Shown: positions 37,243 through 50,493, counted from the first letter of the whole stretch. The stretch: DNA of 62,335 bases, filler included, from Squatina squatina (GCA_031763465.1; 4 parts of 4 records of this genome joined end to end with filler, not necessarily neighbours in it), one strand, 5' to 3'. The notes: generated by a model from the letters alone, not told the origin. Program-made: numbers and translations.

Positions 37243-38253
37243 NNNNNNNNNNNNNNNNNNNNNNNNNNNNNNNNNNNNNNNNNNNNNNNNNNNNNNNNNN
37301 NNNNNNNNNNNNNNNNNNNNNNNNNNNNNNNNNNNNNNNNNNAAAAATGTGCAACACCTTTTAAGCATTTTCACCGTCTCTTCCTCATTAAGAAGAAGCT
37401 ACAATAAAAATGACTTCCTTTTGCACTCTATTATTGGTGCAACAAATAGCAGGTGCCCTGTTTTAAGAAGATGGCTGGCCTTGATAAAGGACAGCATCTT
37501 AAAATAAGAGTTTGCTTAACAATTTATTTGTTCTGTAGCCTTGTTTACCACACTGCAATGCTAAACCTCCATTTCTACTGTGCAATGGAGCCTGAGATGG
37601 CCCAGTTGGATAAACAACCTGTCCCTTTTACCTCAAGGCTTTTCTGATACACTTAAGCAATAATTGAAGTTTTAGTGTTCTTTGGACTTGTGCTTATTCT
37701 ATAATTATCCAGTGACCCTTTGCCCTGGCCCCCAACACAAGCAGCAGAGCATAAAGTGGCTATTGATAGTCCATTGATGAACAAAGCCAAATGCAGCGTT
37801 GAACATGTATGTGGTGTTATCAATGGAAAAACATTTTTACTTTTGTAATCAGCCATTCAGGAGCCATTGTGAATTTAATTGATTAATTAATTGTTTATTG
37901 TGCAACTATAACAGACTGCAGTCTAGATTTAGCCATTAAATGTCAGGCAAATAATTATGTAAAATTACATTCCTTGTTTTCTTTTTTCCCCAAAGCATAG
38001 GTTCGCTCTCCCTCCCACCCCTAATAAGAAGCAGTTATACAGCAGATAAAATATGCTAGACGGTTTGGACTGTTGCAATAAAACAATGAAAATCCCACCA
38101 GTCATGCATTTTTGGTCAGGGTCGGGGGACGGGTNNNNNNNNNNNNNNNNNNNNNNNNNNNNNNNNNNNNNNNNNNNNNNNNNNNNNNNNNNNNNNNNNN
38201 NNNNNNNNNNNNNNNNNNNNNNNNNNNNNNNNNNAACTGGGTCTGACTGAGTA

Positions 38254-38345
38254 CTGACAAAGGGTCATCGACCTGAAAAGTTGACTCTGTTTTTCTCTCC
38301 ACAGGTGCTGCCTGACCTGCTGAGGTTTTCCAGCATTTTTTGTTT
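38254..38345 (+). mobile_element. Penelope-type terminal sequence with a mutated hammerhead
   Basis: CTGACAAAGGGTCATCGACCTGAAAAGTTGACTCTG...; core G8 is changed to A and the stem III palindrome is lost. Confidence 0.75.
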
Positions 38346-41300
38346 GAACTCTTAAGGAAATGTCAGTAGTGTGGTTTATGATCAAAAACAGTAAGACAGC
38401 CGTGAAGCTGTCTATTTTTTCTTAAGTGAAAGACATCAAATAGGTTAAATTTTAAACAAGAATAAATGAGTCACACTCCAAATGACTGAGATGGGACAGG
38501 GCTGATACATGGAGTAAACTCTTATCAGTTATTTGATTAAAAAAAAGACTTTCATTAAATGAAAAAGGGAAAGGGAAAACTTACACAGGATGCTATCTTG
38601 GTTATGCAAAACACCCAGAGCACAAAGTGGATCTATGGTTAAAACTTCATTCCTATACATTGTCTGTGGAACAAAAGAAAATAACAGCATTTTTTTCCGA
38701 GCGAAAGAAAAACTACCTTTAACCTTGCAAGAAATCACCTGTGCAAATACCCTCACAATTGCAAGTCAGGTTTAAATCTGTCACTGGGCAGGAAGCCAGC
38801 TCAGCACAGACACAGAACGATACCCAGAACATACTGGCTGAATGGAGGTGATTTACCTCACAAAGTCTGTTCCCGATAACTAAGTCTAAGCACTTGCTTA
38901 GTTTCAGTCTTTTGTCAGAGTGTTGAACAAGTAGGTGAATAGGCATATCTGAGGTGTCTTCTAAACATAAGCTCATTTGCCTGTGCAGCCCTCCGTGTCG
39001 CTATTGACTCGTTCTCCCCTGTCTGATGGCATTAAAGGTATTAATCTTCAAAGAATGGCCCCTTCTCTGCATGTTGATGTGAATGTGCTCAAAAAAGAAA
39101 CCTTTTCATTACTTTGTGTGGGTGCCAAGCTTTGTTTGAACTGCAAAGAGCTACATTTATCTACACGACAGAAGTTTAAAAAAAATGAAATGAAAGGGAG
39201 AATGTCATTATTGCAGATCCTCTGAGATTATACCCGTGTGTCTGCAGTGAGCTCAGAAACACAATAATGACACAGTTAACTGAGCTACTAGCACTCTGAC
39301 TTGTACCTCAGTATCACTAGTTTCACCATTGCTTTTAGTTTTCCAAATTTTCCATGTACAGTACTTATTTGCCTTATGCTTAAGCACAGAACCTATTTAA
39401 GGGAGTTACTAATATATATTTCCTGTCTAAATGTTTTAAACTACAAGCATCAGTGGGACGCTGATCCATAATATTTTCCAGCATAAGGATCCATTGATTT
39501 CAGAAACATTATATGACACATTATTAATCAGAGATATTGGGAAGCAAATTTTAAGTTAAAAAAAATGCTCGTAATAGACACCCGGGTTATCGATACCCAA
39601 AAAGAGGAAACAGCTTAATGTTTAGCAAAGGCAAGAAGTAGAGCAGCCAAAATATAAGAGGGGAGGGAAGAATAAAGGCGCCTTAACTTGATTTGGTTCA
39701 GGTTGGGTCTCAGAGGAGATATCTATCAGCTCCGCTCTCCCACGTTCATGCAGTAAAGTGGAGCTGGTCTCTGTATAGCTTGGCCGTTGAAACATAAACC
39801 CACTGTGCTGCCCATTTGTAGACCCTTCTGTGGCAGTGTCAACCTTTAAGCATTGTGCATGCACAGCAAGTAGTTCTGCTGGGAAATCTGCTGCTGAGCC
39901 AATCCTATCCATCAGCATGGTTGATACTATTTTGCATAGAATCAGAGAGGATTACAGCACATCGCATCTGNNNNNNNNNNNNNNNNNNNNNNNNNNNNNN
40001 NNNNNNNNNNNNNNNNNNNNNNNNNNNNNNNNNNNNNNNNNNNNNNNNNNNNNNNNNNNNNNNNNNNNNNTTAAGGCTCATCAACCTTATTGAATTTCCA
40101 GCGGGCGGCTATTTTGGGCATTGCACCTACTGATGACGTCATTGAGGGCCTATAACGCTGAACGCTGAGTTTTTAGCCTTAAAATTTTAACGCCCATCTA
40201 GCGGCAGCTTTAATGGGGCGCGTTAAATTTAGTGCCCGAAATCAGCGTTAAGCCGTTAATTTTAATGCCGAAAAAAAGGATGATTTGGTCGCCCTATGTT
40301 TCTGAATTTTTTTAGTCTTCCAATCTCAGTCAATCCTGTCTGCATTTGCCTGTAACAAGACTGGAGTGATATCCTGAGCCTTTTATTATTTAATATAAAG
40401 CGCCTGCTGTCTTTATGAGATAAAGATGGGTTACTTGTTAATTCACCTTGCGTGGCACATTTCATGTTGTTTTCATTCTTTGCTGCCCAGTGTAAAGAGT
40501 AAAGGCAGTTAATCAAAGCTTTTTTTAAAAGTATTTGTCCTTTGAGTTTGCTGCTACTTGGGATGGTTCCATATACATGGGCTTTGGTGTGCCGGTGACA
40601 CGGCAGAGTTAGTATGATTCACAGTATATTGTGTGCCATTTGTTTCAATGGCAAATAGAGCTATTTAATTTCAACAGAGTCATCTGCTGCAGTTCATCTA
40701 AGTACTTCACTTAGTTTGTGCTGTAAAAACAAGTTGGGGGAGTGGGGTAGTGGGGGGTCGTTGGTAGGATATGAGGGACTCTGCTCCCCTTTTAAAAGAC
40801 TTGCATGATTTAATTAGAACAATAGTTTGTAGTGGAATCATTACTACTGAGATAATATCACCCATAATTGAAAATATTTAAAAAACAGGATGCATTTTTT
40901 TTTCAAATTAATTTCTAGGCGAGTAAGACTTCTTCCCTTTTTGAAAAGAGTAAAGTAACCAGATTGCGGCTGCTTATTCCCATCTTGGACCTTGCATTGC
41001 CATACAGCAATATTTTTAGCATATTCTTTTCTTATTAAAAACCCCAAATTAGTTGCAACAGATACAGACACAACCTCTGCACCAAATTATTGTGTGCAAG
41101 GTGATGAAAAGAAAATTTATCTTGGTGATGTGGTCCCTTTAAGATTTGGTGAAAGTCGATGAAATCATTTCAATTTTTATGATGTGGGGAGCAAGTGTTT
41201 CAAATGTGAGTCCACGCTGCTGATCAAATAGTTTACTACACATACCCACCCCCTCACACATATAATGGACAAANNNNNNNNNNNNNNNNNNNNNNNNNNN

Positions 41301-42834
41301 NNNNNNNNNNNNNNNNNNNNNNNNNNNNNNNNNNNNNNNNNNNNNNNNNNNNNNNNNNNNNNNNNNNNNNNNNTCCTCGTGCTTAAGAGAAACTGGTTTA
41401 TCAGATTCATAAATTAAAGGCAAATCTCTTTCTTCTTGATTACATGCTTGTCAGATGTAAATCCATTCCACAGTGTTAGCTGCAGCTGGCCTTCCCACGC
41501 AAGTAAGCCTTTTTTTCTAATACCATCAGTATATTTTTTTAAGGATCTCTATGCGTACTTGTTGAAATAAAGATGTAAACATAAAGGCTTACTGTGAATA
41601 CCCCCATACTAAGTGAATGGTAAAGTCATGAGGTGGTTGTTCCAACCAAGGTCACCTGACTTGCAACATGCTGAATTCTGGGAGACACACGTGTTTTTTT
41701 GAGGGGAAATGAAGCAGCACTGCAGGCATGTGCAACCTGCATTTAAGTAGCATTTCTTTGGGTGGGAAGGGAACGATAGGATCAGGTCGGACGTCCCTTT
41801 TACATCCCGACCGATTTTGATTTCCGTTGAAGCTGAGATGATCGGGTGGGTTTCCCGCCAGGCGGGTTGGGTTAAAATGACACTCCACATGTTGAGTTTA
41901 ACAACTTTGACCAAGATTCTGCCTCCAGAGGGCACCTCACCCACCTACAATGGGTGCATACCTGCTGCAGACTGGGCCCACATGCGTCTACTTCTTAGAA
42001 AACAAGGCCAGCTTTGTTTCAGTTAGTGTTGAAGGGTAGCTCATTTCACAGTTAGCATTCATTCTGCAGTGCTCATCTTTTAATCCCCTTTGTTTTTATG
42101 CATTTTAGTTAAAGCCTTCCATCTGCCGAGCAAGACTTTCCTGAGGTATTGACAATTGCTTTACAAATTGCCCCCAATGAAGTTAGGAAGATGTGAATCC
42201 CGATGACTGTTCTCACAGTGTTGCATCAATTGGATGAGCAAGGAAAATATTTCCAATTCAATCACACCTCAAGTGGTATGTTCACGCCTGTCAATCCTTA
42301 AGCACCGAACTTGTTTTTAATTTGCCCTCACGATGTGGGAGAGACTGGTGGGGCCACATTTATTGTCCATCCCTATTTGCCTTGGGAAGTGCTGCAGGTC
42401 TTGTGGTGATGGTGTTGCCACGATAGTGTACTTAGGAAATTTCAGGATATTAGCAATCTATGTTCAAGTTAGGATTGTTATGTCTGATAAACACTCAAGT
42501 TGGTGTGGTAATGCAATAGCTGCTTTTAATTCAGATTCAGATTTATAGATTTAGATATAAGAACATAAGAAATAGGGGCAGGAGTAAGTCCTTCAGTCCC
42601 TTGAACCTGCTCTGCCATTCAATGAGATCATGGCTGATCTGATCTTGGCCTCAACTCCACTTTGCTGCCTGTTTCCCATAACCCTTGAGTCCCCTGTAGT
42701 TCAAAAGCCTGTCTCTCAGCCTTGAATATAGTCAAAGACTCAGCCTCCACAGCTCTTTGGGGTAAAGAATTTCAAATATTCACGACCCTCTGGGAGAAAA
42801 AATTCCTCCTCATCCCCGTCTTAAATGGGCAACC

Positions 42835-43109
42835 CCAAGGCTTTAATGAGGTCTGGAGCCAAGTGATCCCAGCAAAACCCAAACGGAGCAGTGGTGAACA
42901 GGTTATTGGTGAGTAAGTGCTGCTTGATAGCACTGCCAAAGACACCTTCCATCACTTTGCTGATGATTGAGAGTAGGCTGATCGGGCGGTATTTGGCCAG
43001 ATTGGATTTGTGCTGATTTTTGTGGACAGGACATACCTGAGCAGTTTCCTGCATTGTCGGGTAGATGCCAGTGTTGTAGCTGTACTGGAACAGCTTGGGT
43101 AGAGGTGTG
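42835..43109 (-). mobile_element. LINE reverse transcriptase N-terminal fragment
   Basis: AQVCPVHKNQHKSNLAKYRPISLLSIISKVME. Confidence 0.85.
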
Positions 43110-43859
43110 NNNNNNNNNNNNNNNNNNNNNNNNNNNNNNNNNNNNNNNNNNNNNNNNNNNNNNNNNNNNNNNNNNNNNNNNNNNNNNNNNNNNNNNNNNN
43201 NNNNNNNNNTGCTCCTACCCAGAGCTATCCCATTGGCTGCAGGATAGCTGGTGGAAGGCTGCTAACTTGCAGTGGGAGGGACTGCAGGTGGCCTTGCAGG
43301 ACGAACTCGAGCAGCTCTGGGCCAAGAAGGCCCGGCTGTAGACTGCACCACCTCAGCATGGGCAGTAGCAGTCTCAACTGGCTGGCTGACAGGCAACAAG
43401 GGCACTGGCGGAGTGACAGGGGTGGAAAGACGAATGCTGTCATGTCACTCCCCTGGGGCACGCCTCAGCATTCCTACCCATTTGTTGGAGGACAGATTGC
43501 TGTGACACTCTGCAAGCCCCTTTACACACTCATAAGTCTGACCACGATGGCAGCATTGTGAGTTGCATGACTTCAGTCTTAGCTTCTGCTGCAGCAGTCA
43601 GCTGTTGGTTGGCTTCTGCTTGTGCTGCAATGGAAACTGAGACACTGTCCATCCGACCCTGCATGATGTTTGGGTCCACAAGTGCACTAATGGAGCTGCC
43701 CACCCCTCCCACACTGGAAATCATAGACTCCAAGCTCTGCACAAAATCCTATGCAAGTTTGGTGCCAGACTCCTCCCTGCTCCTTGATAGTGCACTCAGG
43801 CTTTCTGGCAGGTCTGCCAATGCACCATGCATTTTGTAGTGCATATGCATCAGCTTTTT

Positions 43860-43959
43860 NNNNNNNNNNNNNNNNNNNNNNNNNNNNNNNNNNNNNNNNN
43901 NNNTTAATTAATTAANNNNNNNNNNNNNNNNNNNNNNNNNNNNNNNNNNNNNNNNNNNN
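43860..43959. other. Synthetic scaffold linker N44-TTAATTAATTAA-N44
   Basis: 12-mer at 43904-43915. Confidence 0.97.
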
Positions 43960-44925
43960 TTATGATAGACATGTGATTGTCCTTGAAAGGAAATCAACAA
44001 ATATTTGCACTGGGTTTGAATTAATGCTTCATATACAAAGTGATTCTTTTATTTTCTTACATTTTTTCACATCAGTGGTCTGACCTAACTCTTGGAAGGT
44101 TCTAAACCAATTCTCTTGGATTTGAAATCCTTGTTTACCAATTCAATTTTTGCCCCTTAACCTTCTTCTCTTGAAGATGGCATTTCATGTTAGGTCATAG
44201 ATCTGAGTGGTGGGTTCAAGCGGTCATTCTTTATCTCAGTTTGGACAGTGAGGAGAATTTCAGCGAGCTGTTGACCATGTTATCATTCTCATGCCTAAAC
44301 CTATCTACATCCAGAATCCACAAGTTTGCATTTCAGCAGGGTCACTGGATATCCATTTTGAGTGGGAATTGTGGCTGATATTTTAAAATAAAAAAAATTA
44401 TAGGAAAGCTGGCAAATCTGAACAATAAATGGTCCAGTATAACATATTTTTATTTAAAATGTTAAACCTTACTTTCTTTTGGAAAAATTGTACATTCTTT
44501 TTACAAACCATGTTCTATGTCCACTAATGTTGAGAATGTACTACCCCCTACTGACTTCTCACCTGAGATTAGTTAACTCAGCACGGACTAGGAGTTGAAT
44601 TTGTGGCATGCTGATCTGTATGACTCAGACCATGGTAATGAAAGTACTAGATAAAAGGAGGGGGATATCCATTAAGGATAGTCTGTAGGAAACTCAATGT
44701 GCAGACTTCTACCAAGCCTTTTTCTTTTTAGAATAGTGTTTGGAAGTATGAACTGGAGTATAAAACTGACGTTGCACATCTGCTTGCCATATCTGGACTG
44801 CATTTTGTTTTTGTAACCACCCTAAATTTGGAGGTGGCTTTTTTTCTTAATGTGCCAATACAGAAGTTGCCACGTGAATATTTGCATAGTCCTGAAATGC
44901 TTAGTTATCGTACTTGGGTCAACAG

Positions 44926-45043
44926 GACTACAGAACAGCAGCAACGATTCCATGAAATCTGCAGTAACCTAGTAAAGACTCAGCGTAGGATTGTGGGGTG
45001 GTGGCGGCGCCTTTTTGCCCTGAAGGAAGAAAAACCCAAAATG
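44926..45043 (+). CDS. ARL6IP1: ARL6-interacting protein 1, internal exon
   Basis: 118 nt, CAG/GTATGT boundaries, TTEQQQRFHEICSNLVKTQRRIVGWWRRLFALKEEKPKM. Confidence 0.95.
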
Positions 45044-45723
45044 GTATGTATTGTTCTTCGACTAATGAACAAATTGTACTTCGTCTACAATATATTCCCA
45101 TTGGAAAAGCTGTTTTTAAATTCCTATTGTTATATGCATGTGATCACTTCCCTTTAAAGGAGAATAGAATGGTCTGCATTGTAAATTATGATTGATTCAT
45201 ATTAATTACTGGTATACCAATAAAAGGGTTAATTTTACTAATGTTGGAAGAGACCTTTTCTCACGTAAGTTTAAATCCTCATCTTTGCACATTGCATTCA
45301 GGCTTCCTATACACAAAAAGTTGTAATTTTATACAGAGTGCAAACTGTACTGATAGCTACTGGAAGCCACCTTTTATGGGGGGAAAAAATCCTTAATTGC
45401 AAGCCTTTTTACCCCTCCCTCTTGCATAAAATTTTAGAATTTTTTTTCATTTGTTTCTGTGAGAGGTGTGGAAGACAGAGTAAATGCCAGACATCAGGAA
45501 TTGGTAGAATCTGGAAAATAAACTGGGCTTGATGTGCTATATTGATGCAGTGTCCAATGTTTCTTGCCAAATAACCTGCTTTTCCTACCAGCCTCTGCAG
45601 TGCCTTGGTTTTTATTTTTCTGTCTAACACACTTGAAAAATTGAGGTACATTGTCTGTTTCTAGGAACTATAGTTAGAGGAAATTTCACCAGTGTAATGT
45701 AACTTCTACATTCTTTACTCTAG

Positions 45724-45808
45724 TATTTCATGACTGTGATTACTGTTCTCTCTGTGGTGGCTTGGACTGGGCAACAGGTTCACAACCTCTTCCTCACCTA
45801 CTTGATTG
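45724..45808 (+). CDS. ARL6IP1: ARL6IP1 next exon
   Basis: 85 nt, TAG/GTAAGT boundaries, YFMTVITVLSVVAWTGQQVHNLFLTYLI, in phase with the previous exon. Confidence 0.95.
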
Positions 45809-46493
45809 GTAAGTTATCCAATGAGTTTACACTCGGTAATTCATTTTGGAATCTGAGAGGTCAGCATTGAGAGAATTATGGGCAAAGAGGTAACCATTGG
45901 TGTACCTTTTCCATGTCCAAAACAGGTGCCACAAAGTTGAATTCTGCAGCACGACCGTTCATGCCAGAAGTGCATCCAACACCATATTGGTTCAGGCGCT
46001 CAATAGGCATTCCTGGTCGCCACCTGCAATAAAGCAGGCAGTATTTAAATATGTCAATAAGCATCCTGCGCCTGAATCAGGACCCTTTTTGTGAAAATGG
46101 TGTTTTGGATCTGAAAGACAAATCAGAATATTTTCTTAAAGGTGAGAGACTAAGAGCTGTGGGTAAGCAAAGCGATTTGGATCCATAGGAGCACAATTCA
46201 CAAAAGATTAGTGCACAGGTACAGAAAGTAATCTTAAAGGTTGATGGAATACTGACTTTTATCTCGAAGGGCTAGAATACCAAGGGGAGGAAGTTATGCT
46301 TCAGTGGTATGGAACCTTGCTCAGACCCCATCTGAAGAACTGCATTCAGNNNNNNNNNNNNNNNNNNNNNNNNNNNNNNNNNNNNNNNNNNNNNNNNNNN
46401 NNNNNNNNNNNNNNNNNNNNNNNNNNNNNNNNNNNNNNNNNNNNNNNNNCCCCTGCACTTGCTTAAAAACCTGCTACAATTCTAACTTTTTCC

Positions 46494-46530
46494 AGTTCTG
46501 ACGAAGGGTCATCGACCTGAAACGTTAACT
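46494..46530 (+). ncRNA. Minimal type-I hammerhead ribozyme motif inside a Penelope-type terminal repeat (46450-46578)
   Basis: AGUU-CUGACGA-AGGGUC(AUC)GACCU-GAAA-CG-UU-AACU: stem I AGUU/AACU, intact core, stem II, palindromic minimal stem III. Confidence 0.72.
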
Positions 46531-47578
46531 CTGTTTCTCTCTCCACAGGTGCCTGACCTGCTGTGTATTTCTAGCATTCACAATCAATGCTATGTCTATT
46601 ATAGACTTAACAGCAACCAATATTTACTTCTGTAAATGCTTAAAATGGCTACCAGGGTGCTTACTTGGTTATAGGAGCTTGTATAATCTGTTACAATAGG
46701 TATCTTTTCCAGTATCAGGGTACTTTTGTGCATAGGTCTGGCACCAAGACAGCTCACGGGCTCTAATTCCTTCGCAACATTTGTCCTGTAAGGTTGGTCC
46801 CTGAGCACTGTGATATCCTTGGCCTGGTCAGTGAGAATTGTGTTGGTGCTGCAGCCTTTACCAAAGCCAGCTTAACATCTGTGTACATCATTGATTTGAC
46901 ATGCTGTAAAATTAACACTGTAATGATAAATGAAAAACAAACTTAATTTGAATAAAGCATATTTATATTATTTCCTATGCTGAATTAAAATCTTACTGCC
47001 AAAATGTTCAAATTGTGCAATATACTTTTTTAAAAAAAAGCTTTTTTCTTTGCTAACAGTATCTTATCTGTACTGCATAGTTTGTTGAAAGCATTCTAAA
47101 TTGTTAATAAAAAGAACTGTAGATGGTTGAGTAACAAGGTTGGAATTTAATCAAATAGCTTGTTTAATATCTTAAGCTACTAACGCAGAGCTCAAGTGGT
47201 GCTAATAGCTCCCAAGGATTCTGTGTCCATGGCAGGCCATTACTTTTAATCTTTCAACTCACACAACAAAATGCTAAAAAAAAATCCCAAATAGCTCAAT
47301 GATAATGATATCTATCTATCATTCTTGTATCTAATATATATCTGCCATATTTTGTAAGCGTTGGAGTATAACAAACAGAAGGCAGTCATTTCATGCTGGT
47401 TTCTTCTGACCTAGAGCTAGAAATTTACAAAAAACTCTCAAATCTTCAACCATTCCTCTAGCAATGATTTCCTAATTGACATCAGGATTTATACACTTTG
47501 TGGCCCTAAGGAGGCAAGCCAAGTAGACCGCAACAGTACATAATGCACTACATGGTAAATCACTCCAGTCATTATGAA

Positions 47579-48253
47579 ACACTGGATTTTGCAGTAGAAA
47601 TCCTCACTACTATTAAGAATAAATTGGACAGCAACTTCCAGCGACCGCATATGCGCAGTTAAAGCGGAAATCAGGAAGTTGTTGGCCCAGCTGTCCTGCT
47701 CCTCCTGAAGCTGTGCTATAACGGCATCATGCCGAAAGATTCGCCATTCAAGTACATGGAAGGGCATGAACTTCATGATAGATACCCAGTAAACAGGTCA
47801 GAATAAGTTAGGGCTTGTTCATTCAAATGTAAGTGAATTTTTAACAGCTAGTTAAGACTTAATTACTGCCGAACAACCATTCTGGCACTGAAAATTAACT
47901 TTTAGAAGTGTGGAGTCGCATTCCTTAAGATTTTAATTACTTTTGGAGATTTAAGAAGTGTTTTAAATGATTTTTTTTTACTTTCAGTCTCTTATCTCTC
48001 TTTCTTTCCCTATTTTTCTTTCACTTTCTGTGCATGACTTGACATTGAATTAAATATTCTAACTTACACTTCCTGGTTTACATCCTGCATCTCAGTAAGG
48101 ATTCTTCAATCTGACTGGTTGAGGAGATACAGCGTTGCTTGCCCTGTTCACGCAGGTCCCAGATTCCACTTTTGACTTCTTATAACTGCAGACATGTGTA
48201 AGTGTAATGAACAGTGAGCACCGTTTGTTCACCACTGACTGCCAAATCCGGGT
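47579..48253 (+). mobile_element. Non-autonomous TIR element, copy 1
   Basis: Ends CTGGATTTTGCAG and CTGCCAAATCCGG; colinear with 49371-50090. Confidence 0.7.
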
Positions 48254-48552
48254 CACTGTATCATTCGATTTACCATGAGCAATACTATAGAAGGTCTGCA
48301 AACTTTAATCAAACATGTTTTTAAAACTTTAAAAATGTTTAAAAAAAAACTTACTTTGCTCTACTTTTCTTTCCACATTATTTCAATATATACTGTATTT
48401 AATTTTACTTTGTTTCATACTTATTTTAAGTTTAAATAGTATTCCTGTTTTTCCAATTCCTCGCTCTTCCCTGCCGGAACCCGCAGAAGTTTAAATCTAT
48501 CCATGATTAGTTAAAAACAGCTCCAAATATTAATCACAGGATCACCTTTAGT

Positions 48553-49085
48553 GGGCCAGAATATTCTGGAGCAGGGCATATGATTTCATGGCGTGCCTGG
48601 TTAGTTAGACTTTTTCCTGCAGCCTTCAGCTCGAAGAAATGTTGCTAGAAGTGTGAGCTGATGGCAGGACATCTGGGACCTTGGTGAATGACGGGACCAG
48701 CAGTCGATCTCCTTAACCCATGAGATTTAAGGATTGGGAAAGAAACAGAGGAGTGACAGAGAAGGAAATGGGTGAATTACAGTCAAATCAGGAAGAGAAA
48801 GAGAAATAGAGAGAGGAAGAAAGATCAGATTAAGAGAGAGAGAAACAATAAGTAAGAAAAAAGTTTTAAAATTTAAAATTTGACATTTTTACATCTCTAA
48901 GAACAATTGGTAACCTGAAGGAATGAGATTGAACAGTTTCGGCTCCAGAGAGGTTGATCGGCATTGCATTGATAATTATCATGTCGTTAACAAGGTACTT
49001 AGGCTGTTAATTACCAGACTTCACTTTCTGCGGAGAGGTTAATGGGCAATTAATGTTTGCAAATTTTTCTAGCAAGTTCTGGCCC
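48553..49085 (-). mobile_element. Related TIR element with an inverted internal segment
   Basis: TIRs GGGCCAGAA and TTCTGGCCC; the interior resembles the reverse complement of the flanking copies. Confidence 0.65.
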
Positions 49086-49370
49086 TATAATACTCAACTG
49101 AAGAGAAAGTCAAAGTGCATCTGCAATTATATGGCTGAGGTACTCAATAACTAAATGAAGAGATACTTAACCAGCATAAGTNNNNNNNNNNNNNNNNNNN
49201 NNNNNNNNNNNNNNNNNNNNNNNNNNNNNNNNNNNNNNNNNNNNNNNNNNNNNNNNNNNNNNNNNNNNNNNNNNNNNNNNNGGCTTCCATTTTAATAGAT
49301 TTAATTTTGCTTTAACAATCTGCAAGGCTGCTACACAATGCTATCAGCATTGCCCTGCCTGAATGACAAT

Positions 49371-50090
49371 GACCCGGATTATGCAGTAAGAATAACGGTG
49401 AGGCTATCACCGCTCACTGTTATTAAGGAACAGCAGCTTCCGGCGACCACTCATACGCAGTTAAACATGCAAAACAAGGAGTTACCTTGCTCCTCCACAA
49501 ACTTCACTGCATGAGAAACTCGGCATTTGTATACATGCAATAGTGTGAAATTGGGGTACTTACCCACTAAATACCCACTAAAATGCCAGAAAAAGTTAGG
49601 GCTTTTTCATTCAAATGTACGTGATTAATTAACAGCATGATACGTCTTAATTACTGCCAAACAACCTCTCTGGCACTGAAAAATTTACTTTTACATGCGT
49701 GCAGTCTCATTCCTTAAGATTTTAATTATTATTGGAGGTTGAAAAAGTTATTTTTTCTACTTTTTCTTTCTGCCTCTTATCTCTTAATCCCATCTTTCTT
49801 TCCCTCTCTCTATTTTGCTTTCTGTACATGATTTTACATTGAATTAAATATTTGAACTTGCACTTCCTGCATATCTCGGTAAGGATTCTTCAATCTGATT
49901 GCCTGAGGAGACGCATTGCCGCTTGTCCTGTTCGCACAGGTCCCAGATCCCCCATAGAGGGTGGCCTGCTGTTTTTGCTCTCGAATTACCAAAAATCACT
50001 GTGTAAATTCCCACAGAATGTTTGCGGGCATGTGTAAGTGCAATGAATGGTGATTGTCATTTGTTTGTCTCTGGCCACAAAATCAGGGCC
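49371..50090 (+). mobile_element. Non-autonomous TIR element, copy 2
   Basis: Ends GACCCGGATTATGC and AAAATCAGGGCC; shares CTTAATTACTGCC, TCTGGCACTGAAAA and GTAAGGATTCTTCAATCTGA with copy 1. Confidence 0.7.
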
Positions 50091-50493
50091 ATTATGCCTT
50101 AATATTTCCGAAACATGTCTAATGAATCAGGGCACCATACAATATAAACACTATCTTGAACATATCTACAATTACAACATATGCTACTGCAGTATGCTCA
50201 GACCCTTGCAGTTTATACACTTGTGAATTTACTAATTTTCAAATTCATGGCAGGATCATACCTCATTCACTGCTCAATTTTACTAAAGGGCACACCATAC
50301 TCGATTAACTTAACTGAATTGTTTGAGGAAATCACAGAGTATGTTAAAATGAAGGAATGCAACTAATGTATAAACATGGCTTTTCAGAAGGAGTTTAATA
50401 GGTGCCAATTAAGAGACCTGTTACGGCATTTGGTATTAAAGGGAATGTAGCTGTGTGGACAGAAAGGTGCTGAAGAGACACAAAGCAAAAATA

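Noticed and set aside
39622-39918. 98-aa minus-strand ORF
   Set aside because: No recognisable family and no convincing splice boundaries.
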